A stretch of DNA of 64,000 nucleotides from Tubulanus polymorphus (GCF_964204645.1 NC_134028.1:11019063-11083062), one strand, 5' to 3'. Positions 46,930-61,500 are shown, numbered from the stretch's first letter. The notes: generated from the letters alone by a model not told the origin. Numbers and translations are program-made.

Positions 46930-48714
46930 ATGTCACCAGTTGGAATTAAACTGATAATTTGTCTTGTTGTATTTACAGTTATAAATGTGGGTATGTACAA
47001 GAAATAAGATTTAAATATTTGTTTGCTTTTTTTCAATTTATCAGATGTTTGACTAACTAATAATTTGAGTCAATAAATAAATAATAGGTGGTGCTGAAAG
47101 TGCTTTATGTAGTAAGCGGTATGTAGATGAAGGAATTAAGAGTTGTCCGCGCTCTTCTGACCCGCCACAAAACACTCAATGCTGTACAGTTTCTGGTAAG
47201 CTAATAAACTCATAATTATTTACGATTGAATTGAATTGGTCACTTCAAGGCGATATTTTGGATTTATTTTGAATAATTCGGCGAAAATATTCACTGAAAT
47301 CGATCTATTTACTCAACTTCTAGATAATATCGTTCATATTTCTTCTTTAAACATCTAAATCGCTCCGAAATCAGCATTTATAACGAATAAATTCGGTAAA
47401 AACGGCAAGAAATAAAACCGCGGAAGTGCCACATAATCTTTGAGACGCGCGTCTAGAAACCTCGCATACCTAGGCTAGACAGACCGTATTGTGCTGCCCT
47501 CACTGACTGTGGAGACCGGGTAAACTAATTGCCAGACGACATACAAATTAGCTTGATCTGATCCTATTATTCTTTTAATTTATTTTCAATCCCATTACAT
47601 ATGAAATAAAAACAATATACAGATGTTAAACAAATTTCACTCCGATATTACATTGTACCGTACGGTGCTGCCACTAATTCTGAGTTGACGGCTACCTCGC
47701 ATACCGGTGTCGCCTATATGCGATTTTACTGTACGGTGCTGCCCTCACTCAGAGCGGTGGTTGGTAACACTAACTGAATAGTGGTAATATAACCCTTTTA
47801 CCGTACGGTGCTGCCGCCACTACATCGACGGTGAATGGACACACTATCAGCTTTTCCAGACTTATTCTAATAAACTCGAAATGGTCTCGAAAACTTCTCC
47901 AACTGTTCGATAATAGAATTAATGAATAAAATGAAGTTTTTTCTAACGAATTCCACCTGAATTTTCGCTTCTGCTCGCACCGCTTGGCATTCATAGTAAT
48001 TAATATATTATATTAATTAATCTTGTTCTAGTCACAAAGCAATGATATTACATTAGATATCTTTCAGCAATGCATTTCTAATACAAAATACCTGTCTATA
48101 AATGATAAAACACGTCCAGATGGGGAAAAACTGGGGAAATTCATGTTTTAACTGATTTTCTTTTTAAACTTTAAAGGAAAACCTCAGTGTTGTAGCGAGG
48201 TGGTGAGGACACTAGTGCCATTCATTGCTGATGATGTAAACAGTTCAAACCAAAAGGGAAATATGTTTGCAAATCAATGCCCGTGTAAGAATCATATTCC
48301 ATATGTAAGACGAAACAGATCTCATTCTCTTGGTTTAAAACAAGACTTTTAAATGTTTTGTTTTATTTACATTTTAGGGTATCCTTCTTCACCGCAGTAT
48401 TGTCCTCTCAAAAAGAAATGTTGTAAATGGTTTGATAAACACAGTGGTAGAATATACCGTGATTGCTGTCACGCTGGCTGGCCGTCAGTTTCTATTTCAT
48501 TATTATATCGCAGTCCGTACAGTTTAATATTGTATAAAGAATTTGAGAAAAGGAAATTTTTTAATTTTTAATTGTTTTTTTTTCCAGAAATTGGAAAATA
48601 GCAGTGACGACTATTGCCTGTGCGATAGTGATGGGAGGAGTAATTCTGTTGTGTTGTTTCTTCTGTAATTGTTGTATTCTTGCCAGAAGACGAAGTGTTT
48701 ATCATGATTTCTGA
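46930..48714 (+). CDS. Small Shisa-like single-pass Cys-rich membrane protein (5 exons)
   Basis: Phase-consistent reconstruction: signal peptide MSPVGIKLIICLVVFTVINVGGAES; Cys module 1 C..CPRSSDPPQNTQCC..QCC; Cys module 2 CPW..YCPLKKKCC..DCC; TM helix IAVTTIACAIVMGGVILL; juxtamembrane CCFFCNCCILARRR; stop at 48712-48714. Not present in the ORF track as one piece. Confidence 0.72.
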
Positions 48715-49099
48715 GTAAAACTCGAACCGGAGTCTCTCCAGATAACTTCTCTAATCCAGATGACATGACGAGGCCGAGGGGAGGTGGATCCAGGGTTTCA
48801 GCCCTTTCTTTCTATTTTATATTTCATAATATTTTGTATCATCAAATATTGTCAATAAACATTTTAAAGCAGGAAACTATTGAGTCCGTGTTCATTCTTT
48901 ACGTTTAGGGGGTCATTACTGGACGCCCCCCGCCCTGCACGCCCTGCCCGCACGCTTCATCCAATCACAAACCAATAAGTCTAATGTCGTTTCTAAAGGA
49001 GACTAAATGAAGAAATGTTTATTTGTTAATCAATAAATACGTTATAATTTATACACACACTTAGTGTAGTGAACATACACAAACATCAATACATTGTAC

Positions 49100-49173
49100 A
49101 TCCTCACTTACCAGGGCATACCTCCTCTTTAATTAGACCTGGCAGCAGAGTCCGGCCGCTGGTAAGTGAGGAT
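49100..49173. repeat. Small inverted-repeat element with 15-bp perfect arms
   Basis: ATCCTCACTTACCAG ... CTGGTAAGTGAGGAT; a similar half-site occurs near 4859. Confidence 0.55.
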
Positions 49174-50670
49174 AAGTCGACTTCAATACTACTACAAATT
49201 TATAAGCCGTATGATAGCCACTAATTACTGATTATCAATTATTAATTACTGATTATTTAATTAATTTCAATTAATTAGCAACCATTATTTTTCTGGTACA
49301 ACTATATAGAAAATGAGTATAAACAGTTAAAGTCCTAGATTTCACAAAGTGTCAAATAAAACCGAGTCACTTTTTGTGAATAAAGCTGTAAATTTCAGAC
49401 ACTCTCCGACAAACAGTTGGAGCGATTACTAGAAAGCAAACTATAAACTCCAGAATGAATTTGGATGGAAACGAGAAATATTCCCCTCACAGATGTAATA
49501 GAAAGGAATAATTACAGTTTACACCACCAGGGGTCTCTGAGATTCATCGCCCAGTCGATGAAGCTTCGAATTTCGAAAGAACGCTTCATTTTCAAGGCAT
49601 CACAAAACAAAATATTGTCCTCGGAATAAAAATCATCAATATCGGTGATGATAGTTATTCCTACATTTCAAATATAAGCGCCACCTATTGAATATTTGAG
49701 TGACTAGATAAGCTAAAAAAAATGCAGACACTGGCTCCACAACGCCCCCTATCAATCATAAATATCCACAAAACAACGCCCCCTATCAACCATCAATATA
49801 AATATGTCCACAACATTGACCCATTATCAATTTTCAACGCCAAAATTTTTCAGATAAAAAACACGTATGAAATAAATTCATTTAGTTGCACAAAAAAGTA
49901 AAGAAAATTTCTACCCATAATTTCTTTATCGAGATGAGAATAACCCGATACTGAACAGTCTGACAGAGTTCAGGGTTTGTAAGGTTTGGATGTCTGACCT
50001 TGACAGAGTTCAGGGTTTATATGGTTTGGATGTCTGACCTTGAGACAGTTAGGGTTTAGTTGTCTAAGTAACCCTGACAGAGTTCAGGGTCAAGGTTAAG
50101 GGATGTCGATAGGTATTCGGTTAAATACAAGTTTGTGACACGTATAATATTTACATCTAATATTTACATAAACACGTTAAGGTGACGTTCACATGCCGCA
50201 GTAAGATTCAGATGATACGTATACCAGTAATATCTAGACATGTATTATATAAGGGGGAAGGCTTGAATTCATTATGAACTGAAATGATTGTAATGAGAGA
50301 CTCAGTTCTTCAAGATTTCACTGATCTGAGTTCGGGTTCAAAATGATCTAATGATTCCTATTTTCATTAATTATAGAAATATTTACATATTATAATAAGC
50401 AGCACCATTTGAGGTCATTTCATGTACATAAATATTAAATACAACGTTTATAGTTTTAAACATCGTCTACAGGTGGCAGCACAATCACACTAAATAGGTG
50501 GCAGCACAATCACACACGTTACAACTGACCGTTAATAGAGGGAGTATTGAGTATAACTAGCACGATGAACGAAGCACCAAAAATACGGAATAAATTTAAT
50601 TGTTTTTGAAATGAGATGGCGCTATCGGGCATTGAAAGGGTTAACTAACATAAATAGATACAGTATGATG

Positions 50671-52492
50671 TCATACAGTGGTTACCATGCAACCGCGTTG
50701 TTTCTGCTCGTCGGATTCGTCTGTTTTGTGTTTCAGCGAAGCTTGTCGACGACGAGCCATCAACATTTCCGTTTTAGTCATCGGTTTCGTCGGCGTGGTA
50801 ACGATCTTCTGTTGTTGTTGATTCGGGTTATAATTAAACGGTTGAACGATCGCCGCATTCGTCGCCGGGCAACCTGATTTCAAGGTCGCCGGTAAGGTCA
50901 TCGATTTGGTAAGATCTTTAGCGGTGAATTTGTTGTTAACGTTGATACTGTGACCGGGACCCGAGCACAACTTCTCCGGAGAACATAAATCATGCGTACT
51001 CTGCGACATCTGTACAGCGCTAGTAACGCCATCTAGCGACGGAAATCGCGGTGCGTTCTGTTTGGTCGGAGTTTTACTCGGTGATTTCGGCGATTCGGGA
51101 GTACGCGCGCCACTAGAGGGCGCTGCGTTTGATTTTTGCATAGAGTCTTTCTTACGCCACAGACTGAATTTAGAAAACGGAGTTTTTGATTTAGGCGGAG
51201 GTGAGGTAGTGTCGATGTTTGGTTTTTCTACGTTGCTCGGGGTAACGGAAGTAGTAACAATGCGAACATCATCACCGCTATCGCTAACATTAACAACTGT
51301 AGCAGTCGCGGTGCTGCCCCCTGGTGCAGCAGACACGGTATCGATGTCTGTCTGCTCACGAAAAATGTCACTTTCACTGAATTTTTGTTCGTTTTCACTT
51401 TGAGAAAGTTTTTCAATCCGAAATGTTTTATCCGCAGCAGACGGAGACTCCACCTCCAGCTCGGAGGATTGCTCCGACCTCATAACTACCGGAGCGACCT
51501 TAGCCATTGGTGATGTCGATTTCTCTGTGGTCGGTGATGTTTGACCACCGGTCAGCGATGTTTGACCACCGGTCTGCGATGTTTGTCCGCTGGTCGGCGA
51601 TGTTTTACCCGGCGACGGTTTTGATGCTATAGCGATCTTTGATCGAGATTTCAGTCCGGAACTCGTGGCCGTTATTTTGGTCGAAGGTGATGTGATTTTC
51701 GGAATACTGGAAGCAGGAGTTGAAGGAGTATGAGTTGACGGAGCTGGTATTTTACTAGGAGTTGATTTAGATTCGATACTATGACTAGAACTGCTCTCCC
51801 CGGACGTATTCAACTGACTAGATACCAGTGACTCCCCCTGTGAACTATCATGTGAACTATTAGGATCAGGTTCCGACGGTATTTTATCGTAAGTTGAACT
51901 GCGTGTTATAGTTCCACCTTCTCGAACGGTTGTTCCCATCACTGGCATCGTCATCGAACCTTTACGATTCGGCTGCCCTCTATTGACAGCGCTGCCGCGT
52001 ACCGGCGTTACCGAGCGACGACCGCTCTTCTGTTGATTATTCGTCGTTTTATTCGCGGTTTTTATCGTATTATTGACGATTTCGTTGATTGAATCGTTAC
52101 TCGAACCCGTCGTCGATTCATCTTTCTTCCACAAGGTGGCGATACGACTAGATACTTGTTTTTTACCGATAACTCCGGCTGGTTTTCTCTTCACCGCGGA
52201 TCCGGGATTCGATCCTGAATCTGATTTACTGGGAGTAGAGTTCGGAGTGCTGCTGCTGAACGATGAACGTCGACTGGTTTCTACTGATTTACTCGGAGTC
52301 CCCGGTAACGATGACTTACGAACCGGAGTCGTTGAACGCGAAGGTGTTTGACTTCCCGAACGCGAAGGTGTTTGAACCGTTGAACGCGGAGTTTGAGAAT
52401 TTGAACGCGGTGTTTGAACTGCTGAACGCGAAGGATTTTGAGTTGTTGAACGCGGATTTGAACGTGAAGGAGTTTTATCTCTATTAGATCCA

Positions 52493-52528
<36 letters not shown>

Positions 52529-55500
52529 CGTGTTTTAACGTTTGTTTTAGATTCCGTCTGTCGAGAGTTTCTGTTATTCGTCGTTGTTTTCGTAACGTTT
52601 CGTTGTTTCGTCGTATTGTTAACGGTTGTTTTAGTTTCCGTGGTAATGGTTTGGTTACCGTTTTGATCTATTGTTGATGGAGAGATAACCGGAGCGTTTG
52701 TTGTCGTAGTCGAGTCCTTAGTAAACGTACCCTGTTTAATGAGTTGTGGTTTCTCTTCTTCCTCTTCGCTCTTTTTCTTCGTTGTTTGCCCCGAGGGTTT
52801 TTTAGGAGACACTTTTTTAGATTCGGCCGATGCTGCAGGTTTTTTCGCTGTGTTTCTAGTAACGGCAGGTGTTGACACTTTCGGCGGACTGATTCTACTC
52901 GTAGGTGTCTGTTTACCCGGTTTAACAGGCGTCGATTTCGGAGTTGTTTTTTGTAGTTGATTTTTCGCGGTAACACTAACAGCGGGTTTAGGACTGGACT
53001 TGGCTCCTCCTCTCACTGACGGAGGTTTTACCACAGTTGTTGCCGCTGTTGCTGTCGTAGTTTTACGGTTTTTACCTGCCTGTTCTTGCGCTTGTTTGCC
53101 TTTAATTATAGCCAATCGTTGAGCAGCAGATTTCGATAGTTTTATCGGCGCCGCCGGTTTCTGAGTAACCGATTTAATCTCTGCGATCGCCGCGGCTGAT
53201 CGGTTACCGTAGATACCGGATAAACTCTTGCGTCCGCCGCGAACCAGTTTCGGAGCGTCTTCTTTCTCCTTGATACGACCTTCACCCGGTCGACAGATTC
53301 GAGGTCGTTTTATCTCTTCTTCGACGACGGGTGGCTCCAACTGTTGAGTATCGGAGGAAGGTAACGTCGCCGTGGACGACGCCTCGCTGTCAAGGTCGTA
53401 CGTCTCGTTCAGGAAACAATCGGAAACCTCTGAACCGGTGTCCGACTCAATCGCGTAATTCTGGTAGTCGTTGGAAACTAAAGACGGAGGAAGTTCATTC
53501 TCGATTAAACTTTCCACTCCTGATTTTAGTGATATCTGTTTCTCATTTTCGATTAAACTTTCTGAATAATCGTTAGATACAAGAGAAATGGGAGGTTCAT
53601 TCTCGATTAAACTCTCTTCATCTAAACTACTACTGATTGACGCCTCTAAAGCTCCCAGTTCAGACACAACTAAACTAGCGTTCAGAGCAAGAGCTTCTTC
53701 TAAATCTACTGATTCTCTCACATCTATCAATTCATCTTCACCAGGAAACTGTTCATCATCTAGATTTATTTCTTCATCGATCAGTGCTGCCACCTGGTGT
53801 TCGTCTTCATCGATCAGTACTGCCACCTGGTGTTCATCTTCATCGATCAGTACTGCCACCTGGTGTTCGTCTTCATCGATCAGTACTGCCACCTGGTGTT
53901 CATCTTCATCGATCAGTACTGCCACCTGGTGTTCGTCTTCATCGATCAGTGCTGCCACCTGGTGTTCATCTTCATCGATCAGTACTGCCACCTGGTGTTC
54001 GTCTTCATCGATCAGTGCTGCAACCTGGTGTTCGTTTTCATCAATCAGTTCTATCACCTTGCGTTTGTCATCATCTATCAGTGCTGCCACCTGGTGTTCG
54101 TCTCCATCCATCAGTGCTGCCACCTGGTATTCGTCTTCATCTATCAGTGCTGCCACCTGGTGTTCAGTGGGCTCATCATCTCTAGTTAAATCGATAGTTG
54201 ATTTAGAACCGAAGTCTGTTTGGATATTCTCGCGTTGCGGAGACGATATATCGAATATTTTCTTATTCGATAAAATATCGACGGTAATAATTTCATCATC
54301 CTCAATCGCCGCAGTCTCCTCCTCCTCCTCGGAGTCGATTAGAGCGCCATCTTTTAGATCGTCGAGACTTTCCTGCATGCGATTAACGATTGTTGTATCG
54401 ATAACGGTGATATCGTTCTCCGGTCCGGAGGTGCTGACGTCGCTCCGCTCGCTCCGGGCGTACAGCGATGAATTCATCGTTAAATCGCTTCCTTCCCTCG
54501 AATAAAACGACTCCAACATTTCATCGTTTGTTTTCTCCTTCTCTTTCAGATCGCCGGATATTTTCTCACTTTCCTCCAACGACGAGCGAAGGTCGTGTTC
54601 GTCCTCCGACGACGTATAACGACCCACGCCTGCCAGAGCTCGTTCTAGATCCTCCTCGTGTAACACCTCGTCGTCGGGGAACGTTTCCGCCGTGATATCC
54701 AACTCGCTCTCCGCGTCCTCGTCGAGGTCAAGGTCGTCGATATCCATCTCGGTTTTATCGTCTTCGACGCCTTTTACGAAATCAGAGCAATCGATCTCCA
54801 AACTTTCACTATTGTTTCCACCTTCGTAATCCAAACTTTCCGTAACGTCTAACGACAGCGAATTCGAATCTAGAAATTGATCGTTATTTTTTAAACTGTC
54901 CGATAACGACAAAGTAAAATCATCGTCCTCCAGAACGGTGATTTTAGCGTCCGAACTGCTCGTGTCCGATTTAGAACTGTCCTGTTTTTCGTTGCCCTCG
55001 GATACGACTTCCTCTGCTGATTCTAAGTATTCTCCACTGTCCAGGTATTTATTATCGATCGGCGCGGCGTATTGTTGTTGTTGTTGTTGCCTGGTAACGG
55101 CTGCGTCGTCCTCCGAGTCGCTGTCGTTTCTCAGGACGATCGTTAACGCCATGTTCTCTAAATTAATCCATTTTTCTTTCTCCGAACCGCCGCAGATTTT
55201 CTGAATATTTGACGCTTGTTTTCGATATTTGCGAAAGTCATTTTCTGTCGAGTGACACCGGCGCCAGCTGGTGGCACGTGACGGGAAATCAGTTTTATTT
55301 GAACGGAGTTTAATTTCGTCGAGCGACCGATGCGGTTGGTTACGCCAGATTTCCGTTAAGTTTTCCATCGGAGAGACGTCTTGTTGCGCGTGGAGAATGG
55401 TTGCCGTAGAAACAGCAGAGGAAGACATTTCGTTTTTTGATGCCGTATGATGTAATTGATTATCGCTGCGTGATGAAGGAAGTGAAGTCGGAGGAGCCGT

Positions 55501-58500
55501 GGTCCGAGTCGCGGTCCGAGCCGGAGCCGTTCTCGACGGTTTCTCGTTAGATGAACGTCTAGACTTTACTCGTTCGCTATTAGTGGCGCCATCTACCCAC
55601 GCCGGTTTTACGCGATGATTCAAGTTGAATTCGCGTTCGGCGGACTGGTTTCTGGACTCGGCCGATGATGAAGCCGATTTCACCGATTGTTGTTCCGTAC
55701 GTTTTTTCGGTAACGCCGAACTGATACATTCCTGCAGTAGCGCCCTCTCGAGGCCGTCGTTTGAATCAACGCTTAATGAACTTAACGAACTATTACAGCT
55801 GTTGGATGAATCGCCGCGGTGATGGTCGCCACGGTGATGGTCGCCGCTATGACTACGCTGTCGCTGGGATACGGCTTGATCGTCGCTATGCAACGAGCTT
55901 AACGACGAGTTACGAGAGAAACAATACGGAGTTCCCTCGACAGCGAATGTTTTTAATTGATCCGGTGAGTTACTAGAACGACCACTGGGGGCGCCACGTG
56001 ACGACATCGATATACTCGGATTATCAGCGCCCCCTGGTGATGAATTACCCGAACGTTTAGGAGTTTGTAATCGTGATTTCATCGCAGCTAACCCTGACCC
56101 GGACCCCGACCCGGACCCGGTTCCGTGCTGCTGTTTATTCAAACGAGAATCTTTCTTCAGTTGAGATTTTGTCGCGGTTGAAAATTCAGCATCTTCTTCA
56201 CAACTCAACGAACTCAACGAGTCGTTCCTCGAGAATATCATCGGAGTTCCTTCGATTAAACCAAACGTTCTCGGAGAATCGAAACCTGCAGCTTGAGATT
56301 CAGGTCGAGATTCAGGTCGAGATTCAGGACGAGATTCAGGTCGGGTTCGAGTTGGTTTCATCTCAGATATAATCGATAGATCACTGAGTGAAGTAGCGGT
56401 AGAGAATTGTAACGGAGTTCCCTCAGTAGCGTATGATTGTATTGAATCACCGAGTACGTCTGCTGCTCCTGCTCCTCCTGCTCCTCCTCCTCCTCCTCCT
56501 CCTGCTCCTCCTCCTCCTGAACCTATATCTGTCGAACGAGACGTAAAACTTGACGTTCTAATCGGAACCGGAGGTTTTACTTTAGTCCCACTTGATTTTA
56601 TCGGCCGTTCCGAGGAAGTCCGATCCGGAGTCCGACGTTCCGACGATTTCTTTTTACTTTTAGGCATAGCCGATCGTATACATTCGCTGAGTAGTTCCTC
56701 ATTCTCCTCATTGATGGAGCTAGTGTCTGATTTTATATCGTCGTAAGCTCCCGGAGACGATGATAGTTTTCTCGTGGGTTTTCCCCGTTTTTCCGGAGAC
56801 GACTCCTCCGACGCGAGACTGCTGATGTCGCTAAGGGAACCGGGAGTCGAGAAATTTAACGGAGTTCCTTCCACGGCGTAATGCTGCACGGTGTCGCCGC
56901 CGTAATCGTAGTTAACGCCCCCTTGTGGAGGCGATAGTAAACGTTGTAAATGTTTTTTCGGAGGTTCAGTTTTAATCGGTCGTTGTTTTTTCTCATTGTT
57001 GCCGCCGGCGACGCCGCTACTATTGTTGTTATTGGCGCGTTTGATTTTTTTCAGACTGTTACTGACGGGCATCGCCGAGTTGATACATTGAGCGAGGATA
57101 TCCTCTTCACCCTCGGATACCTCGGATATCGACGAGTCGTGAAGTATCTCCTCGTCCGTCGCTACGCGTTCAGCGGGTTCCGTAGTTTCCATGGTTTCAG
57201 TTTCCGCGGCGCCGTTAAACGATAATTCACTCAAACTACCGGCGGTTGAGAGAATATACGGAGTGCCTTCTACCGCGTACGAGATAGGAGCATCTTTAAA
57301 TACATCTCCTCCTCCATCTCTCTCCTGCTGCTGCTCCTGCTGCTCGGGTTCAGTCTCCTGATCGTTGTTCTGTATCGCCGTATCCGGTTGCTTAGTAACC
57401 GGTCTGATATAAAATGCCGTTTGTATTGTTGTAGTCGATCGGTCGGTTTCTCGAATATCGTCGTTTAAATCGTAAGGTATCGGAGATTTAAACCGACGCG
57501 GAGACGGAGGCATACTCTGACTGGGTGAATCGGGTAGATCGCTAGGGGATACGACCTCGCTCGTGCGTCTGCTGTATTCACTAATCACCGAACTGTGAAC
57601 CGAATGAGTATCGAAACTATCGAGCGACCCTAATGACGTACATCTCGAGAACATCAACGGAGTTTCCTGAATCTGATTGTTTACGTCGAACGTAACGCTT
57701 TTAGACGTCGGTACGCCGGTGGCGCCACCTGTTTGACGTATACTGGATGATTTAGCGGTGTCGGGGATACTAGCTGGAGGTGTCCCGACGGAGGAAGGTT
57801 CGGTTTGAACGTCCCGAACGTCGGACATGTTTAAACTAGAAAGCGAACTCGCGTGTGAGAAACTTGCAGGAGTTCCTTCGACCTGAAACTGTTTCGTTTT
57901 TTCATTTCCAGCGTCTGTTTTCTCTTTAACGCGCAGCGTCTGCTGTTTGGGTTCCGTCTGTTCTAACGACTCCTCGTCGCCCTCGACGATCGTTTCTATT
58001 TTTGCCGATAAATCGTTCATAGATGTCGCCGTGGAGAGATAGTTTAACGGAGTTCCCTCCGTGCAGAATGTTTTTAATTGATCGTCGTTACCGAAATTAT
58101 CGTTATAACAATGCTCGTCGGTATCCTGGTAACGCACGCTATAATCAATCGGTTGATCGGAGAAGTGATTGTCGTCCGTCTGCTCCGCGTAACGTATCGA
58201 ATAATTCGTAGGTTGATCGTCGTTATCTAAATCCGTTTCCGTGTATTGTGTCGGTTTGTCGCTAGGCAACGGTTCGTAATCGATATCGGTTTCTTTCTCT
58301 TGAAAGTTCAGCGAGTAATTAACGGGACCGTCCTCGTGATCGAGCGTTAACTGCGCCATCTGGTTGCTTAAATCGGTACCGACGGTAACTACCGGTTGTT
58401 GATTGTTATCGATTCCGGCGTGCAGCGCCACCTCTCTCATCGCCTGTACGATTCGACTGTTCGGTAAATTCTGTCGATCTAAAGTCGACTCCGGGCTCCT

Positions 58501-61500
58501 GTAGGTGGCGTTACCGTACCGCCGATCAGGTAACGTGCTCGCGGTTTGATAGTATTGATTTTTTAAGCGCGATCGATCGTGAGATATATCGGAGTGGATA
58601 CTATCGTGACTGCCGCTACGAGACACCGAGCGCCCCCTATCACCCATCGGTGAACTACCACGACTCGGAGGATTCTGATAAATATGTCCCGGGATTAAAA
58701 CTCGTCGATGTTCGTTTTCAGAAACTTGATAAACTCCGCACGTTTCGTTCGAGTAAAAGAATTTACCGGCATTCCCGCGCTGGACTTCGGTCGGACTCGG
58801 TTGCGGCGATTCGACGTTCTCGCACGTTTCCGTTAAATTCTCGCTATCGAGTTCGGCCTCTAGCGCCCTCTGTTTGCGAACGGCTAGAGTCGGCATGTCT
58901 GATTTTTGACCTCGCGAGGTCGTATCGAGGCAGCTGACGTGAGGTCTCGCGGCGAGTAGGTTTTTTAACGCCGCAGCCGATCCCATCGATATCATCTTAT
59001 GTTTCGAATGTACTAAATTACGTAACATACTAACCGCTCCCATTTCCCACAATGCCTGTTGATCTTCCTGACAACGAGCCGATAAATTCCACAATGTTCC
59101 GCAAGCGTTACTAACGATAGTTAAACTCGGTGAGCGTAAATGTTTCAGTAATATTTGTAAACAGTTGTGTAATCTAAGAATCTGTCTATAATCCTCCTGA
59201 ACCGCGATATGACTAGAAATATTCCTCAATATTCCACCTCCGTTTTCAATAATAGCAAGAGTTTTAGACGGACTCTTATACGTGAGAGTCGATACCAGAA
59301 ACGCTAAAGCGCCATCTACCGAGCAAATATCCGCTTTATTCTCGCTGCAATGCGCCGATAGATTCCAGAGGGCGCTGAGAATCGATTTCAACGTCGATTC
59401 TTTGCGTACGTCTAACGCGGCGTTCATTAAAGTGGTTACCGCGCCGACCTCTCGTAGAGTCTTCTTACTAGCGAGATCCGCGCGCCACGATAGATTACGT
59501 AAAACACTCGCGGCCACCTGGCGGAGATCTTCGTTACTAGAATGTAACTGATCGACTAGCGCTTTCATGGATGATTTCATCGAACAAAGAAGAGCTTTAT
59601 TAGTTCCGTCTCCGAACGTAAGGTTTGTTAAAGCCATACACGCGTAACGTCTCATCGTGATGTTATATTGTTCCATCGTGTTCTGGTTGATGTCGTGATC
59701 GACTCTCAGTAATTCAGCTATAGCTTGTAGTCCACCTGTTAAAAACAATATCAAACATATATCATCGATCGGTGAATCACGGGAGTCTGACGCGGTGTAG
59801 GAATTAGTACCGTACCTAGTGTACAGATGGCGTGTCTGTGTTCCTCGTCGAACGATAGTTTCATTAAAGCAGCGATAGCCGGACCGGGATGATGATCTAT
59901 ATCTCCTAAACGTGCTCCTATAATACATACACAAACACATGAGAATGATAATAAAAATACTTGAACTCTAGTCACGGTGCTGCCACTTTTCACCCATTTA
60001 CATATCACCTCAGTTTTCCCAGATTTTTCCATGTTATTACACAAAATTCCCCCTGAGTGAATCAGAGAAATTTCTAGGTTTAAAATGTTACAATTCATTT
60101 ATTTTTCATTTAATAACGTACTGATTAAGAAAAACATGGTCAATAACATTATCAAAATTCCCTGAGTTTTTCTGTGTTTTGCCATAATTTCCTAAGTTTT
60201 CCCTGATTCTTCCTAGATTTTTCTGATTCCCTGCGTTTTCCAGGTCAGTGGCGCCACCCTGATAGATGATGATGATGATGAATACATACCTATATTTGGT
60301 TGTTTGTCCTCATCATCTTCCTCTATATTATCTACTAATTGATCGCAGTGAGCTCTGATCTGTTCTAGCAGACGCAGAACGCGAGCCTCTCGTCGACCTC
60401 GTTTATCATCCGGGTGAGAATGTACGATATTGTGTAACGCAGCCGCCGCCCGAGCTCGAGCCGGTTTACTACCGCGTGTGTTACCTAGCAACCCGGAATC
60501 TTTATCGCTACCGTGCAACAATTGAATCAATAATGGTAGACAACCTAGCAACGAGAAAACAGCAGATTGTTAGGATTGTATATACCTGATTGTCATTGTG
60601 CGAAGGGGGTATGGAGTAAAGGGTATATGGGAGTTAAAGGGGAGTTAAAGGGGAGTTAAAGTGGAGGGTGGTATTTATACCCGATTGTCTCATAGCTATA
60701 CAGCTATCCTGTGAACTGCTCATCGCTAACAGTGTACGACTCATGTCATCTTTATCATGAGTTCCAAGCATCGATAATAAAGAATATACCATTTCAACTT
60801 GCTGTAAATAAACACAAAATAATTAATCAATTAAACATCTTTAATTAATTAAATATCTTGAATCAATAGATTGTACGGTAACGTACCTTGTTAGTACCGA
60901 GTTGTTGGTTGGTGGCGCTAGTAGTCGACGGTGTTCTACGCGATGCAGTAGATACGTTACTAGAATGAAAACTCATCAGACTCGACGTTTCATTACCAAT
61001 AACAGCGGCCATATTACCATCGACAACGCCACCTATAATACATGATCAACACTATACATACAGTATTCATAGACAGACGGACAGACAGACGGACGGACAG
61101 ACAGACGTAGAGTACGGAGGATGAAGTATTACCTTGTTCTATAGATGGAGGCCACGCTCCGTGATACAACGCCGGAATATTCTGATTGTGAAATCCAGTC
61201 GGTTGTTGCATTTCCTCATAGATGGCGCTACAGTCAGTAGTTTGTGTCCCCATACTGGATCCTACGCGAGCGTGATGAGCTGGCATTATCCGCGCGTTAG
61301 GCTGAGGTTCAACTTCAGGTTCGTTCTTCTATAAAACAATCAGAAACCATTATTACAGCTGCTACTGCACATATCTATATCAGTTGCTATAGTAACTGAC
61401 CGTATCTAAGGTAAATGTATTTGTTGCTACGTCACGGAAAACAGTTCCATCTTTCTCCAGTTCGTTGTGATCACATGTTCCCGAATCTCTTTTTTCTGAA

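Noticed and set aside
59736-59940. N-terminus of the 3089-aa ORF as the true APC start
   Set aside because: The first ~68 aa come from intron and out-of-frame exon sequence. The giant exon begins at about 59735, and conserved APC exons continue upstream.
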